Positions 10,666 to 25,808 are shown, counted from the stretch's first letter. The stretch: DNA of 64,000 bases from Piromyces finnis finn (GCA_002104945.1 MCFH01000002.1:1550001-1614000), one strand, 5' to 3'. Made by a program: numbers and translations. Notes: generated by a model not told the origin, from the sequence alone.

Positions 10666-13600
10666 ATGAGTGAGAATAAAAATAAAATAATAAATGATTT
10701 CGATAATTATATACAAGCAAAACGTAAAGATTCATTTAATCAATTTAAAATCCGTTGGGAAAGTATTATGAATCGATATTCGAAACCAATTTTAAATGAT
10801 GATGTTGTTGATTTATTTACTGGAGAAATTATAGAAGATCATGGTTTTATAAAATCTGTAAAACCATTACCTTTCGGTTCAATAGTAAATTCAATAGAAG
10901 ATGAAAGCGAAGTAAATTCATCTCATTTACAAACTGATACAGAAAATAATTTTACCTATGATGAAGATGATTTTGATAATTTATTAACACCTAAAAAACA
11001 AACTTTACTTCAAGTGATATCCCAAAGAACTACAAAAAAAAAAAAAAAAAACAGATAAATGTACTAATAAAAATATAAAAGATGTTTTTCATACTCAAGA
11101 GGTTACTAATAAAAATACTACTGATATTGATTACATAATAAAAGAAACAAATGACAATAAATTAATTAGTAATTCTACTAATGATTTCATATCTAATTCA
11201 AACATACTACTATCAAAGTTTGATGGTAATTATAATAAGCAAGAAGTTTTTGATTCTATTATGGAAATGGGTTTTAATTCAAATAATGAATTAAGTGATA
11301 ATGAAGAAATTGCAGATGAATTAGATTTGTTTTCTGATATTGGCATTCCATCAGTCGATTTTGATAAACATAACATTAAAGATATGTCTGTGGAAATTTT
11401 AGAAAGTGAGGAAGAAGAAGAAGATAACAACAATATAGAAGTAATAGAAGATGATGTAAATAGTATAATTGACATTTCAGATGATTCAAAAGCATTATCA
11501 TCAAATATAGTAATAATTAGTGATGATGAAGAATCAGATATTAATGATATCTTTGAACCAATTAAAAATAAAAAAAGAAAAATAGAATATGACGATTGTA
11601 ATATTTTAATTAATAGTAATAATAGTTCCAAAAAACTAAAAGTAAAAGGAATTGATAAGTATAGTAATATTGAAATTGAGGAAATTGATAGCAAATTACT
11701 TAATATACCAATTAATATTAAAAAAGATTTAGATAATGATATTAAAATAGAAGTTGTGAATGAAAAGAGTTATGAAAAAATAGCAGAAGTAAAAATTAAA
11801 AATGAAATATCAACAATAAAAGTAAATAAAAAATCAGGGAGTTTTATACAAAACAAAAAAAAGTTAAATAAAAATAATGATAATGATAATAGAGAAAATA
11901 ATAATAATAAATTTGAGATGATTAAGCAAGAATCAAACAAAAAAAAACATGAATTAAATGATATTAATTTAAATAAACCTGAATTTATTCAATACTCAAA
12001 AAAATATATTAATAATAAAATTAAATTAAATTTAAAAGATGATAATTATTATGATACAATAAAAGTAAATAATTTAAAAAAAAAAGCATTAGAAATAAAG
12101 CTCAAAGAAATGAGAAAAAATGAAGATAATCTAAAAAATGAAAATAAATATGAAGAGTTAAAACAAATTTTTGAAAGTTCGAATGATAATTGTAATTCAG
12201 TAATTATTAATATGAATAATGATAAAAAGAAAAAAAAAAAAATAAAAAATAATGGCATTGTAGAGGAAAAACAAGAATTAGTTATGAATGATATAATAAA
12301 CAAAGAAAAGGAAGAAATATATAAGAAAATGAATAAAAATTATAATAGCTGTAATAAGACTGATGAGTTGATAAAAGAATTAGAAGATTCAAAAAAAAAA
12401 AAAAAAGTTCAAAATAATCAAAAATTAAATGAAAAATATCGAAATCAGCAAAATATTATTTTAAATCACATCGAATTTAATTATATAATATTTAATGATA
12501 CCTCCTTTTATTTAATATATACCTTATTATTAAGTAATAATAACAATAAATATAAAGCTTATTTTCATTTTTTAATTTTTGATAAATTAAGGGAGCTTTT
12601 AAAGAATTTGTGGTATTTCCAGAAACCAAATATAAAAATGATCTCTTTTGGTAATAATGTAAAGAATTTTAACAACAATAAAGAAAATTTATCCAATAAT
12701 GAAAAAAATAGTAAACATTCTTCTTCTAATAATAATAATAATAATAGCAATGGTAATAATAATGATAACCATAATAATAATAATAATAATTGCAATGGTA
12801 ATAATAACGATAATAATAATAATAATAATAACGATAATAATAATAATAATAATAATAACGATAATAATAATAATGATAATAATAATAATAATAATAATAA
12901 AGATAAAGAAAATAAAGATAACAAAAATTATAATAAAAAAAAAAGGAAAAAAAGAAATATTATAAAAGAAAATAAAAAAATATTAAAAATCAATAATAAT
13001 GATAATGAAAATACCGAAAAAATAATAAAAAATGATTATCAAAAGAATAATAAATATGAAATAGAAAAAGATATAAAAGAGATAGAAGGAAATAATCAAG
13101 ACGATGTTTTAATAATAGATGTAAAAAGAAATATTAATATAAACTTAAATAAAAGTGATAAGCAAGTAAAAAATAACGAAAAAAATAAAAATGATGATAA
13201 TAAAATGATTCCAAAAAATATTTCAAGATCAAATAATAAATTAATAAAGAACTCAGATAATAAGCAAGAAGAAGAATATGATATTATTAGTAAAAGCTGT
13301 GATAAAAAACTGAATGGATTATTTTATAATGATAATTTCAATAATATTAAGAATATTAAAAATATTCATTATCAAACTAATAATTCTTTTATTGTTGAAA
13401 TTAAAAATGACGATAATAAAAATAGTATTAATAATATTCCTGATAAATCCTATAATATAAATAATTTAGAAATAATAAAAAGCAATAATGAAGACTGTAA
13501 TGATAAAGATGTTGTAGAAATTAACGATGATGATGATAATATGAGTAGTAATATTGATTTAAAGGAAATTAATAATAATAATAACATTGAAAAAGATAAT

Positions 13601-16600
13601 TGCGTTGATGAAATAATAATTATTGAGACAAAAAGTAATAAAACCAATAAGAATAAAGATAGACTATCACAAAATTATTGTAATATAAAAGAGAATATAA
13701 TAAAGCCTAAAAATACTTCGTTGATTCTTGAAGTTAATAAAGTTAATGATGGTAAAGATAATGATAATAATAATGATGATGATGATGATAATAATAATAA
13801 TAATAATAATAATTTGAAACTTGGATTTCAGAGTTCGAATTATCTAACTCAAATAAATAATAAATACAAAAACTCAATTATACAAAAAGAGTTAGAAAAA
13901 GAAATTTGTGTTATTGAAGATAGTTCATCAGATAATAATTCAGATGAATATATGTCTAATGATTTTGAATCACATAAATATAAAAATTCGATAATAACAA
14001 TTAATAATAATAAATTTATTGAACCTTCAAATTACAACAATAAGATCATTACTTCTGTAAATGAAAATATCGAAAATAAAACCATCAAAGTAATAAATAG
14101 TGAGAATGAATTTATTATATTATCTGAAAAAGATATTGTAAATCAAATTATTCATTTTATAAAAAATAGAAATAAAGATTTTCCTGATGTAAATAATACT
14201 GATAGTAAAAATAACAATGATACGGATAATGATAATAATAACGATAAAAATTATGATAAGAGTAATAATATTGAAATAAATCAAAAAAGTAATAATTATG
14301 ATGTTGAAAATATAAACCTCCAGAACAATAAAAATGTAAATGCTTTTATTTCAAAAAAATACATGAATAATAAAGAAAGTAATATAATTAATTCCTTAGC
14401 AATATCTGTAAATTCAATTAATGGTACTAATAACATTAATCTGTATAATAAAAAAAATTATAATATTAAAAATGAAAATACAATTAACAAAAACAATATT
14501 ATTAATATTAATAATGAAAATAATAGCAACAGCGGTCCAATTATAATTTGTGTTAATGATAATAATAAAGATGATCAGGTATTAAATAATCAATTAAAAC
14601 TAAATGAAAACATAAATAATAATAATTATAGTATTAATAAAATAAATACTTTTGGTATTATAGATGATAATATCAATAATGATAATAATAGTAATAGTAA
14701 TAATAATAGTAATAGTCAAAGTAATAGTAATAGTAATAGTCAAAGTAATAGTAATAGTAATAGTAATAGTAATAGTAATAGTAATAGTAATAGTAATAGT
14801 AATAGTAATAGTAATAGTAATAGTAATAGTAATAGTAATAGTAATAGTAATAGTAATAGTAATAGTAATAGTAATAGTAATAGTAATAGTAATAGTAATA
14901 GTAATAGTAATAGTAATAGTAATAGTAATAGTAATAGTAATAGTTGCAAAGTGGAAACAAAGTATATTAATGAAAATGATAATAATAATAAATTAAATAT
15001 TATAAGTAGCATAAAAAAAAACAGCTTACATGATTTCAATGACAGAAGTGATGTTTTTTTACATAAGAATGAAAATATATTAATAAATAAGCATAAAGAT
15101 ATTAATCAAATATCTAAAAATAACCACAGTTTTGATAGATTGCAAAAAGATATTATTAAAGATGAAATTTTTAAAAACGAAAAATTAGAAATTAATTCAA
15201 AAAAACAAAAAACTATTTGTGAAGATGTTTATTTCAATAACGATGATAATGTTAATAATGTAAATTCAAATTATGATAAAGTAAATAAAATTAACAGTAA
15301 AACAAAAGAAATCAAGAATTATAATGATAAAAATGGATTTTATCTCCAAAATGTTAATGACAAAGATAATGAAGAGTTTGATGAATATAGTAACCAAAAA
15401 AGAAATAATAATCAAATAATTTATCCAAATAAAGAAATTGAAACAAACTTAATATCTAAACTAAATAATAAAAAGAATGATACAGAAATAATAAAAATTG
15501 GTGCTTTTGAAAATAGATTAAATAGAAAACCTAATTCATCTAATTTAGCAAATACTGTTGCTCTATATCAGAATAAAATTTATCTAGAAAGTAATATAAA
15601 AAAATATAAAAACGTTGAAAATGAAATAAATAAAAGAAATTATAATATAAAAAAGGAAGACAATTTAAATGAATCGAAAGTTGAAAATTATACTATTAAT
15701 AAATCAAAAATTACCAATGATTTTCTACATAATAATAGAAATGATAGTAGTAAATCACTTAAGAATATAATAATCTATAAACAAGATCGTAATAATAACG
15801 TAAATATACAAAAATATGATGCTAAAAATCAAATGAATAATCAAAAAGAAAATAATGGTATTGATAATAAAATAAAGTTCCAAAAGAATAATAATGAGAC
15901 CTATAAAATAATGAGTGTAAATGATATTATACCTTCAACAAAACAGATAATTAGCAATGATTATAGGGACAATAAATATATTTTAAATAATATTAGTGAT
16001 ATAGAGAGTAAGAATATTAATAAATTTAAATATAAAAAAAATTCTAAACTTTTAAAAATTAATAATAAAAAAATCATTAATAATGAGAATATAAATGATA
16101 ATAATTATGAAACTTGTACAAACGATAATAAAATGATAAATGTCGAAAATGGAAAAAAAATATTTGATAAAGATTATATTAAAATAGAGAATATAGGAAA
16201 ATGTACTAATAATATCAAAGAAAATTTGGAAATTAATAATACAGACAGTAAAAGCAGTAATTCAAAAATAAGTGATAAAAAATCAATGGATATTGGTTTT
16301 GATTCTAATGCAATAAAATTAAATTTTTCAATAACTGATATGAAAAATGAAAATAAATATAATGAATTAATACCTAAAAAATATATAAAAAACAATAGTA
16401 CTGAATTAAAAAAAGAACGAAAAGATATGGAGATGCAAAAAAATTCTTTTGCTATTTTGAACGAAAATAATAATAAAAGAATGAAAAACAATGTAATTAA
16501 AAAAGAAGGAAATATGAATGCCACTGAAAAGAATGAAAGTAATAACTTTTTAAATGATAATAATAGTATATACGATAAAATAGTCAGTAATAATAAAATT

Positions 16601-18686
16601 AAAAATTATGAGAAAAATAATATGTATACTATTACAAAGAAACAAAATAAGAATGAGCATAATGAAAGTAGTAATCAAAATAATCAAAATGAAAATAATA
16701 ATAATAATGTTAATGACAAAGAAATTAAATATATAGATAAAATAACATCAGAAGTTGATGAAGAAAAAAAGAAAAAAGATACAAGATTATTAATTAGAAT
16801 GGATAAAAATACTTTAGATGATATATATACCTATTCACATGACATGGTAAAAAGGAAACGTAAAAATAATAAGTTATTGAAATCATTATTGAACCTAAAA
16901 AAGAAAGATAATTTAAAAATTAAAAATAATTCATCAGACACTTTTGAATATTGTAATTCTTCTGGTAGTGATATTGAAAATATAGATGATACAATACGAA
17001 TGATATATAAAGAAAAGTATAAAGCAGCAAAAATTTATTCTGATAACTATAGTAATTTTGATAGAGATTTTGCTGATTTAGTGGATTTAGCACTTTCAAG
17101 AAAGTTAAATCAATGTATTAATTGGTTTGATGATATAGATAAGAAAAGAATAGAAGAGGGAAACTCATTCGACACGGATATTAGTTCATCCATTGATTTA
17201 AGTGAATCAATTGAATCATTTACAATTTCTTCTATATCTTCAGATGAAATATATACAGGAAAAGAAAATAATAAATATAAAAATTCAAATTCTAAATTTA
17301 TTGATGTTGAAAAATTATCACAAAAAATATCATTTGAAGAATTAAATGAGTCTTCAAATGAAACTTCATCAATGTGTATTTCAAATATTCCAGAAGAAGA
17401 TTCTTCTTTAAATAAAAGTGGTTATTACTTACGAAAGCCTAAATTAAATTTATTGAATTCAGAAAAAAAAATTATAGATCCAATTGTAATAGATAAAATT
17501 GAAATTATTGATAGTGATGACTACTTAAATAACAAATCTAGTTCTTCATCAAAATCAAGAATTAGTGAAGATGATATAGAAATTATAAGTGAAACAATTA
17601 ATATTTCTAATTTAAAAAAAAAAGAAAAGAAAAATAATTTTACTGATTTTATGATAAATAATAAAGTAATACCTAAAAGAAAAGAAAGTAAAAGATTTTT
17701 AATGAATAACTTCATTGATTTAGATAGTGAAGATAGTGACTCACCAAATAATTCAATACATAATAATAATTCAACTAGTCATGATGAAAGTTCAATAAGT
17801 TCTATTCATCTAGACCAAAAAAACGATCAACGTAATATATTTTCAAGAAATGAATTAAAGTCAATTATTGATGAAGCAATAAATAATTATGAATATAAAA
17901 GATTATTTGGTAATGATAATAATAATTATATACATCATATACATCATGATGATGATTTAAATTCAGTCTCCAAGTATTCTAAAAATGAATATTATATGAA
18001 AAAGGTAAAAAGAAATAGCTCTAAAAATAATAGTTATTCAAAAAATAATAAAATAATAAATGATCATAAAATGGTGACAAAAAAAAATAATAAATTAAAT
18101 TCAATGATACTTTATAATAAAAGTAATATCGATGAAAATGCTGATAACGTTAATAAAGTATGTAAAAACAAAGATAAGAATAAAAATAAGTTAAATAATG
18201 ATGATGATGATGATGATAATGATGATGATGATGAATTGGAAAATATATTAAGGAAATCAAATGTTAATTTGGAAAAAGTAAAAATTAATAATAAAAATAT
18301 TTCAAAAGATTCAAATGATAATATTTCAAATAAAAAAAATGAAATGAAAAATAGCAATAGTAGCAATAGTAATAATAATAAAAAATTAAATTCTACTTTA
18401 TCAAGTTCACTTAATAATGAATTTATTTCACCATCATACCAATTTTCACCTATTTCATCTCTTCATAATCATTATATATCACTTTCCAAAAAAAAGTATA
18501 TAAATAATACTGATAATTTAATTTTCGAAAAAATAAATTATATTCGAAATTATTTAATAACAGGAAAAAATGTTAATAGTTACAACAATGGAGATAATGA
18601 TGATAATAACAATAACAATAACAACAACAAAAACAACAACAACAACAACAGCAATAATAATAATAATGATAATAATAATAATGATG

Positions 18687-18762
<76 letters not shown>

Positions 18763-20431
18763 AAGCAAATATAATTGTAACAATTTTCATAGTAACAGTA
18801 ATAATAACAACTTAAAATACAATGATAATAATTATAATAATGACGATTTCAATAAGGATAATAATAAGGATATGGATATGGATAATTATAAATTTAATGA
18901 AGATAAAGATAATAATAAAGATATATCATCAAAGATTAATGAAAAGATAAAAGATATCGAAAAACAAAAAAAAATAAGCAATATAAATAATAATGTAAAG
19001 GAAATAGAAAGTAAAAAAGATTTAATTTTGACAAATATAACATTAATTAATAATTCTGATATTCAAAATCATCATTCTGTTATGAAGCAATCATCAAATT
19101 TTGATAGTAGAATAACTTCTAAAAAACTGAACAGAGAAAATAATTTTGAAATAAGCATTCTGAAATCTTCTTCAAGATCACTACAAAATACTAAGAATGA
19201 TAATATAGATAAAGAATTAAAATTAAATAAATTTGTTTTACACCAAAATAATAAAAATAAAATCAATGATAAATATAACAAAGATAATGCTGATAATATA
19301 AATAATAACAATATAGATATTAATAATAAGACTAGTAATAATAAATTAAATAATAGCAAAAATGACTATAATATTATTAATAATAAAAATAATAATGATA
19401 ATAATAATACTACAATAGAAATTATAGATAAGATTAATACCACAAAAAACAAAAATAACACAAATATTCATTTTAATGTGAAGAATGTCAGAAATAATGA
19501 AAATAATAATACTGAGAGTATGGAAAGCAATGAAAAAAACAATGAAGAGATTATTAAAGAGAGCTATAATAAAAAGAAAAATCCTGTAATTATTGAAACA
19601 GAATCAAGAAGAATTACAAGAAGTTTGACAAGACAAAGGAAATTAAATAAAAATAAAGACCTAATTACATCAGATGATAATGATGTTACAATTATTGAAA
19701 CAAAAATTTATAATCATCAAAATATAAGAAAAAGAAGTTGGTCTAATAGAAAAATTTATAAAACTAATAGCAATAATAATGATGATGATAGTCCATTGAA
19801 TATGAAATCATCAAAACGGAATAAAGTTAATAGTATCAATAAGGATAAAAAAAATATTGTTTCAGACAATAATAATAAGATAAATGATAAAATAAAAACA
19901 ATAGTTAAAAATAAAGGAGTTAAGATTAATGATAATAATAATGATAGTAATGCTGGTAATAATAATAATAAAAATGATAATAATAACAATGAAAAAAAAA
20001 TTAAAAATATTAAAAAAAATGAAAAAAATATAATTAATAAAAATAACAGAACCAATAATCTTAAAATTAAAAATTTAAGGAAAAATGATAATAGATTAAA
20101 AACTAAAGCAAGTACCAAAAGAAATAGTGTAATAAAAGACAATAAAGAATTTAAAAATAATAATGACGATGAAATAAAAATTAGTCATAAACGTTCTTCT
20201 TTAGCAGAATTACAAAAAAGTTTAGCACTCAATAAAAAAAGGAAAATCTCAAATTCACTAGAGTTTAATGGAGACATTATTATTCAGGATGTAAAGAAAT
20301 CAAAATTGACTACTAAAAGAGATAAATATAATTATATGAAGATAAATGGGTTAAAAAAAAATTCCTTAATAGTAATTCAAGATGATAGCAAACCAAAAAA
20401 TAAAAGAAAAAAAAGCAAAAATAAAAATTAA
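10666..20431 (+). CDS. Giant Asn/Lys-rich protein (~3,250 aa) with N-terminal Scm3/HJURP-like CENP-A chaperone domain; apparent frameshift at the A18 run 11034-11051
   Basis: FKIRWESIMNRYSKPILNDDVVDLFTGEIIEDHGFIKS resembles the Scm3 motif (WESI..KY..D.IDL.TGEI..D.GH). The frame of ORF 11261-20431 is open back to 11042; removing one A fuses it to ORF 10666. Confidence 0.75.
14690..14944 (+). repeat. (AGTAAT)n coding microsatellite, ~40 units, encoding (SN)n
   Basis: Directly visible; source of the poly-Y/L/IV shadow ORFs. Confidence 0.97.
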
Positions 20432-20674
20432 CTATGTATATTAATATTAATAATATTTAAATATATTTATAACTTTAATTCAACATAAATCAAAAAAAAA
20501 AAAAAAAAAAAAATTCTATCTTAAATTTTAGATCTATATTAACAATTTTAATAAAAATAATATCATTATAATTAATGATACCAATTAATAGTTATTTATA
20601 ATTATTAATAATATAATTATTTTGATATTAATATTATATATTATATTAAATATATATGAATTGTTTTTAAATTC

Positions 20675-20677
20675 TAT

Positions 20678-20747
<70 letters not shown>
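20675..20747. repeat. (TTTA)n microsatellite
   Basis: Directly visible. Confidence 0.95.
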
Positions 20748-20749
<2 letters not shown>

Positions 20750-21117
20750 ACTATAAGTGTGTTTTTTAATAGTTAGAATATAATAAAAAAAAATAATAAT
20801 AATAATAATAAAAAATAGAGTAATATAAAAGTTTAATCAAGTATATATATAAAAATGGAACGAAGTATTTAAATAAATTATTAATAAATTTTTATAAAAA
20901 TTTTTGAAATAGAAATATTAGTAAATATTCAAAAAGAAAAGAAAATTGGTTACATGTTACATTAATTTTTTTAATATGATTTTAAAATAATATAGTATTT
21001 ATAATGTACATATAAAAACACTTTTAATAATAAACTTATATTTAGATAATGTTTAAATTGAGACAAGCAATTAAACAACAATAATTAAAATCTAAAATAG
21101 TTCGTATTTAAAAGAAA

Positions 21118-24100
21118 ATGAAAAACGAAAAAAAGAATAATGAAATAAATATTCCTAGCAATTACAGTAGTAATAAGTTTTTATTATTAATATAAAAATA
21201 AAAAAACTAAAAGTACAATAATAAATTAATCTTACTTTCTTTTTTAATTATTTTAATAAATATAATTAAAACTCTAAACAAAAAGATATTTTTTTTAATT
21301 CTTCAATTAGTAGCTATTATAAAGGTAACATAAAATATTTAAATTATTTTCAATAGAATTATATGAAATATTTACTATTTTTATTTTATAAAATGGATAA
21401 TTTCATTTTAAATTTTTTATAATTTATAACTCAGAAAGAAAATTACCCAAAATTAATAAAAATTCAAATAGTAATAGTAAAAACATTTTTGGTTATAATT
21501 ATGAAAATCCATTTTTAATAAGAAAATTCAATAACCAACAAAATATTAAAAGAAAATCTAATATAAATGAATCAACATCAAACTCACGAAACACACCAAA
21601 AAAATTTTTAAATAAAAATAAAAATAATATTAATAAATTAAAATTAAAATCCCTTGCTGGAGATCCTACAGATAAAACTTTATTAGAAAATCATGGAATG
21701 CGTGTTCGTTATGAAGATTATACAACTATTGGTAATTTCTTTTAATATAGGAAAATAATAATATAATATTATCTTCTAATATATTTGAATATAAAATTAA
21801 AAGATTGGATACATGATTATGTAAGAGACAAAGCAAGATTGAGAAAAATCGTAAATAGAGTTGGTTTTAAAGGCAAAATTTTTCAGCTTTGGGATAAGTC
21901 TGTGGGATGGATGTTAGTGGTAGTTATAGGTAAATATTAAATAAAATTTTAAAATTATTTTAGTTTTAATGTTTTATCATACAATAATAATAATAATAAT
22001 AATTATAATAATAATAGGTATTATTTGTGGTGTTGTAGCAGCAGGTATTGAGATTAGTGCTAAATGGTTATTTGATAGAAAACTTGGATATTGTAAAAGA
22101 TCATTTAGTTTAAACAGAGAATTGTGTTGTAGTAACAGTAATGGTATATATTTAATTCACATATATATTTACTGTTTATATATTATATTTTATTTATTAA
22201 TATTAATTTATATTATGATAATTTATAATGACTAGAGTATATTTGTAATGAATGGGTTACTTGGGCAGCATTTCTAAATATTAAAAATGAAGAGAAAGGA
22301 TATGTTATTAACTGGATATTTTATGGTTTAATTGCTGTAAAAAAATATCACTAATAAAAATAATTAATCAATTAATTACATTATTTACATAAATAATCAA
22401 TTTTAATACATCATTTCAAATTTTAAATTTAGTCAGTTTTAGGTTTAATAAGTGTCTTAATAACCTCATTGTCTATTAAATCATCAAAAAAAAAACAGTC
22501 AGAAAAAATTAAAAAACATGATATAGAACCAATGGTGGATTTTAGTAATATAAATAAAGGAATATATTATCATTTACAAAAAATAAAAGAAGAAAAAATA
22601 TATTGTTATGCTGCTGGAAGTGGTCTTCCTGAAATTAAAACAATATTAAGTGGATTTGTAATACGAGGTTTTTTGGGTTTAAAAACTTTAATAACAAAGA
22701 TTATTGGCTTGGTATAAACATAATAGTTTAATATAAGTTTATATTAATATTCATAAAAATAGTAATATGATAATTTCATATTAATTATGTATAGATATTT
22801 TCTACTTCAGCTGGTCTAATTATTGGTACACAAGGTCCATTAGTTCACATTTGCTGTTGCATTGGTAATATAGTTTCAAGATGTTTTAAAAAATATAAGT
22901 ATAATGAGGGTAATTATATTATTTTTAAATATTATTTATTATCTATCATCAAATTAAATAAAAACGCACATATTAAAAACAACTTTAGCAAAAAGAAGAG
23001 AAATTTTATCAGCTGCTTGTTCTTCCGGTGTGGCAGTCGCATTTGGCGCACCAATTGGTGGTGTTCTTTTTAGTTTTGAGGAAGTTAGTTATTATTTTCC
23101 TCAAAAAACAATGTGGCGATCCTTTATTGCTGCAATGGTTGCAGCTGTAACTTTAAAAGTAATTATTAATTAGAAATATTAAAATTATACATATTCTTTA
23201 ATATATTTATTTTATTTATTATTTAGTATACTAATCCATATCGAACTGGAAAAGCTGTTCTCTTCGAAGTTGTATACAATAAACAGTGGCATTATTTTGA
23301 AATAATATATTTTGTTGTCATTGGTATTTTTGGTGTAAGTAAAATAATTAAAGGTTTAAAAATTTAAAAGGAATATCATCATAGAATATTTTACTTTTAC
23401 TAAATTAAATAAATGTAGGGCTTATTTGGTACATTTTTTAATAAAATTAACTTAAAATGGAGAAAAATTAGGAAAAACATAAAAATAAATAGATTCCCAA
23501 TTTTTGAAGTAATTATTGTTTCTTTAGTTTCTGGTTTATTAGGTTATATTAATTCTTACACCAGGTAAATTTTAATAATTGATTATTTCAATATTTTAAT
23601 ATAATATATGATTATTGTCAAATCTTATAAATAAAATTTGTACATAATAGAATTGGTAATGCTGAATTAATTGGTGATTTATTTAAAGAATGTGATATTA
23701 AGAATAAATTAAAACATGATATTTGCAAGTAAGTATAAAATGAAAAATGTATATATATATAAACTATTTAAAACCAAATTCATAACTAAAAAATATATAT
23801 CATTATTTTTATTTATATAAAAAATCATTAAGTAATGACGTGTTGTTTGGTCCTATTATTAAAAATCTTTTAATAACTTTATTTATAAAGATTATTTTAG
23901 CAACAATTACTTTATGTATCAGGGTAAATATGGATCTTTATTATATTATAAATAAAAGATAGTTAAAAAAAAATAATCAAAGAATATTTAAAATATTTAG
24001 GTTCCATGTGGTTATTTTATACCAACAATGGTTTCTGGTGCATTATCTGGAAGAATTTTTGGGATTTGTCTTTTAAAGTTAACCAAGTAAATTTTTAATT

Positions 24101-24603
24101 AATTGTACTATAATTCAAAAAAAAGTATTTAATACACTAATTTTTTGATAATCTAGATTATATCCAAACTTTTTTTTATTTTCATTTTGCTCTACAGATG
24201 GTGAATGTATAACTCCAGGTGTTTATGCAATGTTGGGTGCTGCTGCTACACTTTGTGGTGTAACCCGTATAATAATATCATTAGTAGTAATTATGTTTGA
24301 ATTAACAGGTGGTGTTTCATATGTTATACCAATTATGATTACTATCTTGACTTCAAAATGGACTGCTGATGCTTTTAATAAAAATTCCATTTTTGATTGC
24401 TTAATTGAAGAAAATGATTATCCATATCTTAATAATAAGAAAATTCCAATTCATCAAAAATCAATTGTAGATATTATGGACACTGATGTTATAACTTTAG
24501 AAGCTAATCATAAGTATTCTATTGATGAGTTAATTGATATTCTCAATTGTAAACTTTGTATGTAATAATATATATTAATTCAATAATAAATAAAGGAATA
24601 GAA

Positions 24604-24652
<49 letters not shown>

Positions 24653-25680
24653 TTAATATTAATAATATATATTTAAAAAAAAACTGAATAAAAGTAACAT
24701 CCCAATATTCAGATGATAGTGGTTTTCCTATTCTTGATAATGGCATCTTAGTAGGCTATATAGCATTTAATGAATTAGAAAATGCTATCTGCTTAGTAAA
24801 GAAATTATCCTGGAATAACAAGCCATGTTATTTTAAACGTATCATTCAAAACTATAATACTGAAATTGACTTAACCAAAAATTCATTCCCATTGAGACAA
24901 AAAAACATTAAAGATATATTTTCACCAGTTTCCACTTCTATTCTCAATTCTTTTCAACGAAAAAGTTTTCTTCAAAAATCACTAAATGATGAAGAAAGGA
25001 TTTCACTTTTAAGTAGACAAGAAGATAAAACTAATAATTTTTCACCATTTAGACAACAATATGACTCCATAAACTCTGATATTCATAACCCAATTGATAT
25101 ACCATTATCATATTATCAACAACAACTTCGACATTCCTATATAACTAAGTTTGAACATCCCAATTATAATAGTACTACAAGTTCTCAATTAAACCACTCA
25201 TTTAATTATACTTCTCAATTGAAAATTCAACATTCAAAATCACAAACACCAAATGAAATAACATATACTCCATTATTCAATATCTCATCAAATCCTAATA
25301 ATGACAGAAAAACTAAAATATCTTCTACTTTATTCTCTTTACCTCATGAAGACATTATTGAACAAGATTATAATGAATTTAGAAAACCATTAGTATATCC
25401 ATTCCCGAATTCTTATTATGCATTACTATTAGCTGCCTCTAAACCTAATAATGAAGAAAATATCTTAAAAGATAATAAATTAATTGAACCTGAAATTATT
25501 GATTTCACACCATGGATTGATCAAGCCCCTATAATGATTTCAGCCAATTCAAGTATGGAATTAGCTACTGAAATGTTTGTACGATTAGGTACTCGTTTTT
25601 TGTGTGTTGTATTAGATGGTCATTTTGTTGGGGTTATCCATAAAAAAGCATTAATTAAATATATTAAGTCAATAAAATGA
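21118..25680 (+). CDS. CLC-family chloride channel/transporter (ClC-3/Gef1-like) with C-terminal CBS region; multi-exon
   Basis: Exons encode [107 protein letters not shown] and [18 protein letters not shown]. The start exon (ATG 21118, phase-1 intron ending at 21434) is tentative. Confidence 0.93.
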
Positions 25681-25795
25681 AATTTTGATTAAATGATATA
25701 TAAATATATTATTATTTTAATATTCTGTATAGATAAATAAATAAACTTTAAATCATAATATATCTTTATATATATATATATCATCAATTTATATA

Positions 25796-25808
25796 ATTAT
25801 AATAAGCA
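25796..25808 (+). repeat. Target-site duplication, left copy (attataataagca; right copy 31377-31389)
   Basis: Exact 13-bp direct repeat abutting both element ends. Confidence 0.92.

Noticed and set aside
12720-12900. Poly-Asn tracts as prion domains
   Set aside because: Asn runs occur in nearly every long gene here and reflect AAT slippage; nothing specific to this tract.
11230-20142. Many antisense or off-frame poly-L/I/Y/F ORFs (also 37.9-43.1 kb and 54.8-59.8 kb)
   Set aside because: Shadows of AAT-type microsatellites and A-rich codons in the real ORFs.
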